Source: a virus
Virus record (IMG/VR): IMGVR_UViG_3300043449_000947
Span: 6,921 to 70,920 of that record
Length of the DNA: 64,000 bases
Direction: 5' to 3' (one strand)
Under the pieces are notes generated by a model that worked only from the letters and a program-made list of their open reading frames with translations, searched no databases and was not told where the DNA came from. How positions within the stretch are numbered: position 1 is the first letter of the stretch; each line of letters begins with the position of its first letter. The position numbers and the translations under genes are program-made. Of this stretch, positions 55,501-64,000 are shown piece by piece.

Positions 55501-55815
55501 CTAAAAATTACCGCCGTCAGACAGCGTGGTTTTGTGTACATTTACCCAGCTACTACCGCTGAATTCCAGATGATCTCCTGTCGATAGATTTACCGGCGCG
55601 ACGATAGCCCCGCCTAGATAGTTATCGCCCGGAGGTCCCTGAATTCCTTGCTCGCCTTGAACTCCTTGAATCCCTTGGATTCCTTGGGGCCCGATCGGAC
55701 CTTGTTCACCGACAGAAACTACGGAGTGTTCAGAATCAATCGTAACGACGCTGCTGTCATTTTCGACGACAGTTACAGTGATGTCGTTTTCAATGACAGC
55801 AATGTTGTCGCTCAC
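55501..55815 (-). CDS. short collagen-like fibre protein
   Basis: About nine G-X-Y repeats, ends DGGNF. Confidence 0.8.
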   Translation of the reverse strand: MSDNIAVIENDITVTVVENDSSVVTIDSEHSVVSVGEQGPIGPQGIQGIQGVQGEQGIQGPPGDNYLGGAIVAPVNLSTGDHLEFSGSSWVNVHKTTLSDGGNF

Positions 55816-56408
55816 GTCGTGATTTCCTTCACCACCGTTACTGCTCCGGACAGGAGTGTGGATACACGGTCGTCTGTCGTTACCATCTCTAATTCATAAA
55901 CGCCTTTAGTCCACGTAAATGCTTCAGTGTCTTCGGCGCTGATAAACAGCTGGATAGTCTTGGCAGCATCATCGAGGATGATTCGATCGTTAGCCGTCGT
56001 AAGAGAAAACAGGACCGTGCCTCCTACTTTGTCCTTGATGGACATACGCGCTTGGAAGTCGGTCAAGTCTACGGGAGTGTTGTACTGGACATAGCCGCCA
56101 GACTGATACGGTTTGTAATCAGCGGCGTTTATGGAATTCAATTCCAATGTATCGGAGTCGATTACCGTCGCTTTGTGAAAGTCTTTAGTCTTAGGGGGTA
56201 TATTTTCAGAGTTGATCTGCGTCATGCCCTTGACGGATACGATGGCTACACGCCATCCGTCAGGAACACCGTGATCGGGACAGGTTATTTGTGCGGGAGC
56301 CGCTTTGGTTATGCCTGTAATTGCCTTATAGACAATAGGGCCTGCCTCCCAGCGCAGTGTCTTGGAGTAGGTCTTGCCTTGAGCAATTACTAGATCAGAT
56401 GCCGCCAT
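55812..56408 (-). CDS. tail/fibre anchor protein
   Basis: I.QG.T...L.W, an ITGITKA.P..IT...HG insert domain, PVDLT...ARM.I, G.YELE...G.VTV..EIT. Confidence 0.7.
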   Translation of the reverse strand: MAASDLVIAQGKTYSKTLRWEAGPIVYKAITGITKAAPAQITCPDHGVPDGWRVAIVSVKGMTQINSENIPPKTKDFHKATVIDSDTLELNSINAADYKPYQSGGYVQYNTPVDLTDFQARMSIKDKVGGTVLFSLTTANDRIILDDAAKTIQLFISAEDTEAFTWTKGVYELEMVTTDDRVSTLLSGAVTVVKEITT

Positions 56409-57075
56409 ATCGAACTACTCGCACTTTGTGTTTTGCCCGGTCCTTCTCTCGCCTTACAAAGTCGCAGTAGCTGGTGAAAGCCGCCGCGTCTTCCGCTGCC
56501 TTTATCTTATTAAAGGTTTCAGCGTCTTGCTTATTATACGCGAGAGAACGCATCCATTTAAGCAAATGTATATGGTGATGGCTAGGAACATCAACGAGTT
56601 CCTGACCGCCGTCCGTTATATCAACAAGTGGGAGTCGTTCGACAAGCAGTCTTACTGAATAGTCACGATCTGGTATGGCCACCCACTCGACTAATCCGGG
56701 CTGCATACCAATCACGATGTAGCGCACTTTACCGATGGTGGTAGTACTGTTCAGATGACGGAGAATTCCGTAGTCGATATCTGAAAGAGTGCTGACATCC
56801 TGTGCGTTAATTACTTTAACCTCGTCACCCGTATCTTCTAGGGTGGCGGTACGGACTAACAAGATTTTCTGACTGATCTCTCCATTACGCTCGCCTTCAG
56901 CTGCAGTGAGCTGACAGACGTCAGAGAGATAATCAGGAATTCCGCCGACGAGGCGCACGAACATGTAGTACGCATCGTTCATGTATGCGTACACCTCTTC
57001 GTCGGACCAGAGATACGGTCTAGCTGTATCTACTACGTCCTTACGGAACAAATCATGCAGTTCGTCACTGGTCAT
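56395..57075 (-). CDS. head-tail adaptor protein
   Basis: FR..V.D...PYLWSD.E...Y.NDA motif, downstream of the capsid genes. Confidence 0.7.
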   Translation of the reverse strand: MTSDELHDLFRKDVVDTARPYLWSDEEVYAYMNDAYYMFVRLVGGIPDYLSDVCQLTAAEGERNGEISQKILLVRTATLEDTGDEVKVINAQDVSTLSDIDYGILRHLNSTTTIGKVRYIVIGMQPGLVEWVAIPDRDYSVRLLVERLPLVDITDGGQELVDVPSHHHIHLLKWMRSLAYNKQDAETFNKIKAAEDAAAFTSYCDFVRREKDRAKHKVRVVRYGGI

Positions 57076-57448
57076 CGTTGCGGTGGCTGTATTCTTGCCA
57101 TGCAGTATCGCGCTCGCGGTTGCTTACTTCGAAACCACAAAGGCTCTCTAGTTTACGATTAGCAGGCAGACCATTAGCACCAAAATCGCCTCGTACATTA
57201 CGGGACAGCATGGTGTGGAAAGCCTCGAAAAGCTTAGCTTTACGCTGTTCTGGACTGATTTCCTGAACAACAACAGCTGAATCATCTCCCAATACATCAA
57301 CTTCTTTATCCTGCGGAATTGCTCCAATCGCTATAGCATCAGGGACTCCTGCAGGTGGTACCCAAGCTGGTTCGTCTTTCACAAAGGTAACAGAAAAACC
57401 TTTGGTTGTACGTAACGTATGATTTCTATGAAGCGTAAAGAAGGGCAT
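57065..57448 (-). CDS. hypothetical head-associated protein
   Basis: DF.A.G.P....L..L.GF.V...ERD.AW motif. Confidence 0.65.
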   Translation of the reverse strand: MPFFTLHRNHTLRTTKGFSVTFVKDEPAWVPPAGVPDAIAIGAIPQDKEVDVLGDDSAVVVQEISPEQRKAKLFEAFHTMLSRNVRGDFGANGLPANRKLESLCGFEVSNRERDTAWQEYSHRNDDQ

Positions 57449-57507
57449 TTATCATTCTCCTTAGTTAATAGTAGAAGGGGGCTTTCGCCCCCTCCACTTT
57501 ATCACTA

Positions 57508-57951
57508 TCAGGTGATCTGTACTTCGCTGGTACGACCAGTAACGATGTACTGAACACGCAGGGTCAGAGTGCCTGCGGTGCAAGCATCGTCGGAGCTGAA
57601 GCTTAGAACGATGTTCTCACCAATACCGCGATAGCCAGTCGGGACCAGCGCTACGCGAGCAGCACCTTTGACATCGGTAGATGCCAGATAACGGTTGGCT
57701 ACGTTGGCATCACCAATGGTGACGTCGAGGCCAGCGGTATCAAACGCGGTTTCAGTTACCAGCTCACCACCGATAACCACTGCGCCCGGAGGCAGAGGGA
57801 TTACGGAGAAGATACCAGCAGCTCCACCGAGGTTGGTTTTACCAAAGTCGACGGTGTTGCCTACGGAATTAACCATAGTGTCGTCGAAGTTGATGGAAAA
57901 CTCGGCGACCAGAGGCCACTGAGCAGTACGAGATGCAATCTTTTTAGACAT
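57508..57951 (-). CDS. capsid decoration/cement-like protein
   Basis: LPPGAVV.GG...TETAF....V.IGD.....RY, immediately after the capsid gene. Confidence 0.7.
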   Translation of the reverse strand: MSKKIASRTAQWPLVAEFSINFDDTMVNSVGNTVDFGKTNLGGAAGIFSVIPLPPGAVVIGGELVTETAFDTAGLDVTIGDANVANRYLASTDVKGAARVALVPTGYRGIGENIVLSFSSDDACTAGTLTLRVQYIVTGRTSEVQIT

Positions 57952-57972
57952 TTCTTTAACCTCTTGTCTGAA

Positions 57973-59085
57973 TTACTGCGCGCAGTAGACAGAGATAACG
58001 CCGTGATCTTCCACGGTATTACCTGAGTACTGGGTGTAGAACTGCGGCTTCAGGAAGCCAAGGATCTTCTGTACGGAGATACCCTGTTGGTTCTCGTAGT
58101 CGAAGCCTTTTTCAACCCATTCCGGAGCACCGATGTCAGCCATACCCATGGCTTGAGCGCCACAGAACAGAAGCTGGCAACCATCCACTGCACCCACTGC
58201 ACCGTACTTGCTGCCAGCAGCAGCCAAACGGGTATTAGGTACGTGACGGAACTCATGGAAGTAGATGCCGTCGATCTTGACGCTGGAGCCGGTGAACAGG
58301 TTGTTGCCATCACCACGCGGCTGAGCGTGACGCAGGTTCAACAGGTAGGTCTGGTCGAGCTTCAGACGAGCCATCGCAGTCGGAGACAGGAACACATGGT
58401 AGGTTTCCTCGCCGCCTGCTTCCTTTACACCACGGATATAGTTGTCCTTGGCGTAGGCTTTCAGCTGAACGAACAGTTCCCACATCGGCAGGTCGGCAGT
58501 GGTGATGGAGCTAGAAGCGCCGCCAATTTCCAGAGCCTTGTTAGTACCGTTCCAACGAGCAACGCGCTTGGAGGTAGGAGCCTTAACGTCTGCTGCGAAC
58601 TCCAGATAAGACAGATCGGAACCGGTACGAGTACCGCCGCTGTTCTTTACGCTGTAGCCGATACCAGCAAGGGTCAGGAACGCCAACTGGTCGATACGAT
58701 CAGCCAACCAGTAAGCCAGAACATCGCGAGAGTTGTTACGGAACTCAACGATGGACTTCTGATCAGCCATACGGCCTTCGTGGCGGTTAGCGTGACGCAG
58801 CTGATCCAGACGGATCACCTGATCAAAGCTCTTCATCGCCTCTTCGTTGCCTTCCAGAGTACGATCACCTGCGATACCGTCTCCTTCGAGGTCGGTCAAC
58901 AGGGTCAGTACAGCGCGAGCGCCCTTTTCACTCTTCTTCAGCTCGGTGACGTGCTGAATAATAGAGTTGGAATCCTTTCCAAGGAACTGATTGACGAATG
59001 AATAGTTACGGGCCTGCTTCCACAGGTCCATGGACCATACAGTTTTCTGCTCTTGAGTGAGCAAACCAAAATTGGTTAATGCCAT
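57973..59085 (-). CDS. major capsid protein (N4-gp56/DUF4043 type)
   Basis: GD..LEGNEE...IDQLRHA-type motif, LFTG....DG...HE, GAQA...A, DY.NQ.G, EDHGVI. Confidence 0.9.
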   Translation of the reverse strand: MALTNFGLLTQEQKTVWSMDLWKQARNYSFVNQFLGKDSNSIIQHVTELKKSEKGARAVLTLLTDLEGDGIAGDRTLEGNEEAMKSFDQVIRLDQLRHANRHEGRMADQKSIVEFRNNSRDVLAYWLADRIDQLAFLTLAGIGYSVKNSGGTRTGSDLSYLEFAADVKAPTSKRVARWNGTNKALEIGGASSSITTADLPMWELFVQLKAYAKDNYIRGVKEAGGEETYHVFLSPTAMARLKLDQTYLLNLRHAQPRGDGNNLFTGSSVKIDGIYFHEFRHVPNTRLAAAGSKYGAVGAVDGCQLLFCGAQAMGMADIGAPEWVEKGFDYENQQGISVQKILGFLKPQFYTQYSGNTVEDHGVISVYCAQ

Positions 59086-59219
59086 AGCGGCGTCTCCTAT
59101 TAAGAAAAACGAAAAGTGAAATTACGATTTTTCGTAGCACTATCGCCGCTACCGCGAAAATCATCCTTACGTGGATGAATCGGAGCCCAATACGCTTGGG
59201 CTCGGTGCGAATGATGAGA

Positions 59220-59248
59220 TTATTAACAGATAGATTTTATATAGTCAA
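59220..59248 (-). promoter_or_regulatory. sigma70-like promoter upstream of the capsid gene
   Basis: Minus strand TTGACT-17 nt-TAATAA, with TG at the extended -10 position. Confidence 0.5.
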
Positions 59249-60123
59249 ACAAAATCTCCTCGCATTTCAGCGAGTTTGGTATCTGGTAACTTAACAAACT
59301 CATCGTAACTCATCTTCATGACGGCTGAGGCATCCAAAGCCCCACCGACTTTGTCAGAATCAATCCCGACTTCTTTTGTACTGGCAGGCTGCTTTTTCTG
59401 AGCATCCATAGCTTTCGCTACAGCGGCTTCTTTACGACGCACTCCAGTATCATCAGCTTTTTTGGAATCCACGGCGGGTTTTCCAAGAATAGTCTCGACT
59501 GCCTCTTTCAAAGCCTGCGTCGCAGACATACGTTCTGTCTGCATCAGCCCCGACATATACGCCTGCACTCTGCGAACAGCACCTTTATCGAATTCCTCAG
59601 CATCAGGATTGATCTGTGGGAAATCCGACTCCAGCTTCGCAACTAATGCGTCGTAACGGACTTCTTCTTTAGCTGCAGTCTTGGTCTGTTCAGCCCGGGC
59701 AGCAGCTTTACGCTCAGTAATCTCTTCCTTAATCTCAAGAATCTGTTCCATCAGATCGGAAGCTTTATCAAGCTCTCCGTCTGCAAGCAGGCTGGTGTGC
59801 TGTTTAATCAGCTCCTTTACCTGCTTATTAGCTTCAGCCAGATCAACCGATACGTTTCTCTGGGCTTCTTTATCCTCGTATTCTTTCAGTCTACGAGCAT
59901 ATTCTTCTTTCTCTGAGCGTTCTTTACGTACTGCTTCATCGAAGCGGTCTTTAGGAATAAATCGACCTTTTTCATCACGGGCTGCATCATCGGTTTCTGC
60001 ATCCGCTTTGACTTCAACTTCGACTTCAGCTTCGACTTCGGGCTCTTTAGTTACCTCTACCTCGGGTTCAGCCTCGGTATTCAATACTTCCAAGTTATCG
60101 CCTCTGTCATCTACTTCACTCAT
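59245..60123 (-). CDS. scaffolding protein
   Basis: Acidic coiled coil with IPKDRFDE, between portal and capsid. Confidence 0.8.
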   Translation of the reverse strand: MSEVDDRGDNLEVLNTEAEPEVEVTKEPEVEAEVEVEVKADAETDDAARDEKGRFIPKDRFDEAVRKERSEKEEYARRLKEYEDKEAQRNVSVDLAEANKQVKELIKQHTSLLADGELDKASDLMEQILEIKEEITERKAAARAEQTKTAAKEEVRYDALVAKLESDFPQINPDAEEFDKGAVRRVQAYMSGLMQTERMSATQALKEAVETILGKPAVDSKKADDTGVRRKEAAVAKAMDAQKKQPASTKEVGIDSDKVGGALDASAVMKMSYDEFVKLPDTKLAEMRGDFV

Positions 60124-62369
60124 TTTGCCTTCTCCTTAGTTGTGGATTTTGCTTTTTGTGCAGTCTGCTGCATGTTCATCTTATGACTCTGCTCAGCCTG
60201 CTTCATACCTAACTTATGATTCTGCTCAGCCTGCTCCATACCCATGGAGTGTTGTGCTTCATTCTGCTCCATCTGCATGGCGGCATTTTCACGCTGTACA
60301 TGACTCTGGATCTGCGTCGCTTCAATCTTGGCAGCAGTCTGTGCCTGCTGAGACTGCAGCTTCATGTCCATCTCCTGACGCTTCAGTGCCAGCTCTTCGC
60401 GCTTGAACTGGAGCTCCATCTCCATCTCCTGCTTCTTGAGTTCCATCTCCTGCTGCATCATGTGAAGCTCCATCTGCATCTTCTGCATGTCAGCTGGATC
60501 ACCCTGCATTTCCTTCTGCGCCTTGGCCTGCTTGAGATTAGCGTCAGACTCCATCTGCGACGCCTTGGCTTTCAGGTTGGCAATCTCCAGCTCGGCGGAC
60601 ATCTTCTGTATCTGCTGCTGATACTGCTGTTCCGGAGACTGCTGAGCATCACGCATCTGCTTGATGATCTCGCTACGCTTATTCAAGCGCGAGTTTTCAA
60701 TCAATGTCTCGTCAGGAATCTGTATACCCAGTTCTCTGAGAGAGATGGCCTGTTCAAACTGACTGTCTTCCAGAGTTTCACGATGCGGTGTGCTAGAGAC
60801 GATTACGTCGTACTCGCCCAGCGTCAAATCGTTAAGAATAGCTCCAGTGGCTGGATCAGGCTGGTTGATCTGTACCTGTTCAGCGTCGCCTGTAACTCTG
60901 TTGCTGATTACATTCAGAATACGCGGCTCGGTGTAGTACTCCTGCACAATATCCAGAATGTTTCTGGCCAGAATGTAGTCAGTACGAGCAATCGAATCCA
61001 TCGGCTTGCTCATGGATACAGAACCACGGCTCTGATTCATGGCAACGGCTTTAGCTGATACATCTTCACGAGCGTTGCCCGTCATGTAGTCAGTTACGCC
61101 AGAAATTGACTTGATGTGCTCTTCAGCCTTGTACGAGAAGCGGTCCAGACCAGACGGAGTCTGATTCGGGTTAATTTTCGTAACAACATCGCCCGGAGAA
61201 CCGTCGACTTCAAGAACGAGACCCGTTTCAGCTCCGCGCTGCTCCAGTTCTTCGATGGTGATGTTGCGCAGCTTGCCAGTCTGTACGATCCAGCCTGAAT
61301 TAGCCGTCGTATTGATGACGTGCAGCTCTTGGCTGGTGACTTTGTTCAGGTACTCCTGCGGTCCGAGGAGATTTTCGACCAGACCAACGGTCTTGCCACG
61401 CCGGAAATAGGGGAAATACGGGACAACCGTGAAATGTTTGTATGGACTCCAGTCATCGTGCAGCACGATGTTGTCTGCAGTCACTACCCACCGAATTCTC
61501 TTGACCTGCTTCTTGGTAATACCCAGTCCAAACTGCTGAGCGACCATTTCGGTCTTCTTTTTGTCCCAAGAATCGGGAATTGGACGCATATCACCTGTCT
61601 GTAGATCGACAAAATGAGCCTGCACGTCCAGCTTCTTGTACTGACGTTCGATTACTCGAATATTTCTAATAACTTCGGCCTGATCCCACGGCCCGAGGTA
61701 ATAGCCCTTGTTGTAATAGAACCCGAAGCGATCTCTTTCACGCTCGATAGAGTCATATCCGTAAGGGAAGAAGCTAGTACCTCTCGTTTTAAGATGCTCG
61801 GCATCAGCCTTGTTGTAAAGCAAGGCAATATCCTGCCAAGTCATCCACTTGGTAACAAAAACATCGTTCCAAGTGTCGGGATCATAATCTTCTGCATCAG
61901 GATCGATGAGAACATTCTTCGGATTCAGGTTGTCGATCCTGACTTCACCCATCATTGAGTCGGTAAAGTCGAGACGTACGTCCAAAAATCCACGGCTGGT
62001 GATCACGCCGTCGCAAAACATGTCTGACCGCTTCCAATCGAGCTGATTGGTGTCGGCAATCTGCCTAAAAACCTTTGTTAGGGCTTCTGCAGTCTCTACA
62101 GGAGCGCCCGAACGAGGCTGAAAGGCAATATCTGTACGATTCTGTATCTGTTCGCCCAGAACATTGCCCACTGTGCTGATAATTTTGTTAATTGTCAGCG
62201 CTGGACGTCTCTGAGCCTGCAGTAGCGCCATGTCATTGGCGTCCCACTGCGTGCCGATAAAGTAGTTATTGCACTTATCGGCCTTTTTTACGAAATCAGC
62301 GTGCCCATTGTCGCGCACAAACTGGTAGCGCATCCATTGGTGAAGGGATTTTTGGGAATCAATGGGCAT
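60120..62369 (-). CDS. portal protein (P22-like)
   Basis: G.QW...RPALTINKI, DPDA..YD, PQ..LNK..S, DLT.G.YDV, and a long Q/M/E-rich C-terminal barrel. Confidence 0.9.
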   Translation of the reverse strand: MPIDSQKSLHQWMRYQFVRDNGHADFVKKADKCNNYFIGTQWDANDMALLQAQRRPALTINKIISTVGNVLGEQIQNRTDIAFQPRSGAPVETAEALTKVFRQIADTNQLDWKRSDMFCDGVITSRGFLDVRLDFTDSMMGEVRIDNLNPKNVLIDPDAEDYDPDTWNDVFVTKWMTWQDIALLYNKADAEHLKTRGTSFFPYGYDSIERERDRFGFYYNKGYYLGPWDQAEVIRNIRVIERQYKKLDVQAHFVDLQTGDMRPIPDSWDKKKTEMVAQQFGLGITKKQVKRIRWVVTADNIVLHDDWSPYKHFTVVPYFPYFRRGKTVGLVENLLGPQEYLNKVTSQELHVINTTANSGWIVQTGKLRNITIEELEQRGAETGLVLEVDGSPGDVVTKINPNQTPSGLDRFSYKAEEHIKSISGVTDYMTGNAREDVSAKAVAMNQSRGSVSMSKPMDSIARTDYILARNILDIVQEYYTEPRILNVISNRVTGDAEQVQINQPDPATGAILNDLTLGEYDVIVSSTPHRETLEDSQFEQAISLRELGIQIPDETLIENSRLNKRSEIIKQMRDAQQSPEQQYQQQIQKMSAELEIANLKAKASQMESDANLKQAKAQKEMQGDPADMQKMQMELHMMQQEMELKKQEMEMELQFKREELALKRQEMDMKLQSQQAQTAAKIEATQIQSHVQRENAAMQMEQNEAQHSMGMEQAEQNHKLGMKQAEQSHKMNMQQTAQKAKSTTKEKAK

Positions 62370-62425
62370 TGGCGTGCTCTAGCGAGGGCGTGGAGTAGGG
62401 GTAGGACGCTTCGGCTTACAACCTT

Positions 62426-62785
62426 TCATTTCAGGAACCTCAATTTGTACTCGGTTTGTCGAATCAGAGCCATAATCTCATCAATTATGTTCTGCAGGTA
62501 GGTATCGTCTTCATCACAACACTCATTGCGGTGAGCAGTGATCCATGTACCCAGCTCTTTCAGCATATCCAACGGGTCGGATGCAACGGTATATTTGGAT
62601 GGGTAGTCTTCGATCAACCCGTAATCGCCCTGATAAGCTTCAGCAAACGAATCGGTGACGTCGACAATATTATCGTAGAACTCATTCAGCGCCTTGTGCG
62701 CTGCATAGGACCGTGTCTTTAGGTGAAGTACATGCGCGTTGGTACGTGCATGGAAACATCTCATTACCAGTTCGCCAGCACTCAT
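62426..62785 (-). CDS. Dps/ferritin-like protein (DUF5856-like)
   Basis: H..HL.T.SYAAHKAL.EFYD.....D.FAEAYQG...LQNI.DEI......YKL. Confidence 0.75.
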   Translation of the reverse strand: MSAGELVMRCFHARTNAHVLHLKTRSYAAHKALNEFYDNIVDVTDSFAEAYQGDYGLIEDYPSKYTVASDPLDMLKELGTWITAHRNECCDEDDTYLQNIIDEIMALIRQTEYKLRFLK

Positions 62786-63522
62786 CTGAACCAACTCCTC
62801 ATTCCTTCACCAATACCAGTAAACCCTTGACGCACTTGCTCCAAAGACGGCTCTGACCGGGATTTATTCCCTGTCCATCCTTTAGGCAGCGACTTCTGTA
62901 CCGCATAAGCAGGGACCGCTACACCTAACATAGGGGCCATCCATGGATCTTTCGCCACGCTTTCTCTCGCAAAGGCTCTATGTTCGTAATTAGCCAGTCT
63001 ATTCTGTTCTGCCTGATCCGTAGCACCCTTTCTCATAGCCAAAAGGCGATCCTGTGACGTGTTCGCAAGCTCGAAATCCGTAGGGGGTGTAGTTCTGGGG
63101 TTATAGAACGGTGACTGCCCACGCCCGACACGCTCGTTAGCCCATGCCTGCGACTTACTCCAAACAGAATCATCTAAAGCACGCAGATTGGTAGGTATGG
63201 GAGGGCGTCCTTGAGGAGCAGTGAGCTGATACTCCGTCTCCTGTCTATTCAGGGTAGGAACGAATGTAGGGAAGTCGCGGCTACCATTAAGCGATCCGGA
63301 GTACTCCGACATGATGCCGTATTTAGGATTCGATGGTTTCAACGGCCCTAACCACCCAGTAGACTTAGGCCCGTCTCTCAGATCGTATCGCTGACCGTAA
63401 TTTGTCGAGGGTTCTTTGGAAAATTGTCTCGGTAAGTCAGGCCGATACATAGACGTTTCTGGAAAAACGTCTGTCATCGTCGCTGCCAGAGCGGCTTCTT
63501 TCTGGAGATTCTTTCTAGCCAT
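62782..63522 (-). CDS. hypothetical protein
   Basis: 246-aa ORF between TerL and portal. Confidence 0.65.
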   Translation of the reverse strand: MARKNLQKEAALAATMTDVFPETSMYRPDLPRQFSKEPSTNYGQRYDLRDGPKSTGWLGPLKPSNPKYGIMSEYSGSLNGSRDFPTFVPTLNRQETEYQLTAPQGRPPIPTNLRALDDSVWSKSQAWANERVGRGQSPFYNPRTTPPTDFELANTSQDRLLAMRKGATDQAEQNRLANYEHRAFARESVAKDPWMAPMLGVAVPAYAVQKSLPKGWTGNKSRSEPSLEQVRQGFTGIGEGMRSWFR

Positions 63523-64000
63523 CTATGCTGCCATCCACGAGCCGTTACCGCCCTCAACAAACTGAGGGAGTTTATCCTTCCAGCTCTTGGGTGGTTTGAT
63601 CTCGAGTTTCTTTCGTGGATTTCTTCCGACACACAGATTTACAGCCCACGCCATCGCGTCGACCATATCGTCGTGAGCACCAGCTGGAAATCGTAGAAAT
63701 TCCGTCATTAACTCGTTGACCCACGGAGCATTTTGAGGAAAGTATACTCTACCCTGCTGCATACGGCCCTGCAAGCTTCGTGCACGAGCAATCTTATCGG
63801 TTAATGGCTTTAACGTTTCATAGGGCGGATACATATTCCGCTCAGTCATACGCTTCTCAAGCAACGGTTTTATAGCCTTCCAAATCTGTGATTCTTCAAA
63901 GCCCAGAGTCAATGGAGCGGTCGGTTCACTGCCCCACCTCTCTGCCGCATTGAGAATCTCCTCCACGATCGTGAAGCTGTCTCCACGAAAGCGAACAATC
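63523..64000 (-). CDS. terL: terminase large subunit, C-terminal nuclease domain (truncated by window edge)
   Basis: DKIARA...Q.G.V.FP....W...E...FP.GAHDD.VDA.AW. Confidence 0.9.
   Translation of the reverse strand, partial: IVRFRGDSFTIVEEILNAAERWGSEPTAPLTLGFEESQIWKAIKPLLEKRMTERNMYPPYETLKPLTDKIARARSLQGRMQQGRVYFPQNAPWVNELMTEFLRFPAGAHDDMVDAMAWAVNLCVGRNPRKKLEIKPPKSWKDKLPQFVEGGNGSWMAA

Noticed and set aside
57476-57492. Terminator after the capsid decoration gene
   Set aside because: A GGGGC-GAAA-GCCCC hairpin is present on the minus strand but lacks a convincing U-tract, so it is not called.
60150-60500. Repeats at the 3' end of the portal gene
   Set aside because: Explained by the Q/M/E-rich coiled-coil barrel typical of P22-like portals.
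58087-61058. Long + strand ORFs (304 aa and 280 aa) opposite the capsid and portal genes
   Set aside because: Antisense shadow frames caused by codon bias. No recognisable motifs.

Overview
This 64 kb window is most of a tailed dsDNA bacteriophage genome, arranged as two convergent arms. The + arm (1-19456) holds early, nucleotide-metabolism and replication genes: MazG, DUF5664, MoxR AAA and VWA-metallopeptidase, PD-(D/E)XK nuclease, SNF2 helicase, ThyX, family A DNA polymerase, DnaQ-like exonuclease, dCMP deaminase, pyrimidine-dimer glycosylase and a gp88-like protein. The - arm (19831-64000) holds virion and lysis genes: TerL C-terminus, P22-type portal, scaffold, N4-gp56/DUF4043-type capsid, many tail fibre/adhesin genes, a GH19 endolysin cassette and a 2471-aa internal virion protein. 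I recognised no tape measure or sheath gene, so the phage is probably podovirus-like. The arms meet at an AT-rich region with ACAAC repeats that looks like an origin. The standout locus is 17233-18812. A stand-alone Cas7/RAMP-like gene and a translationally coupled partner sit directly downstream of a non-coding array. The array has three tracts with 5-nt periodicity separated by two sequence- and structure-conserved ~55-nt hairpins, and is preceded by three stem-closed RNA-like elements ending in ACCC(A)TTTA. This is a candidate compact, non-CRISPR RNA-guided system. All calls come from manual motif reading; no database search was run.
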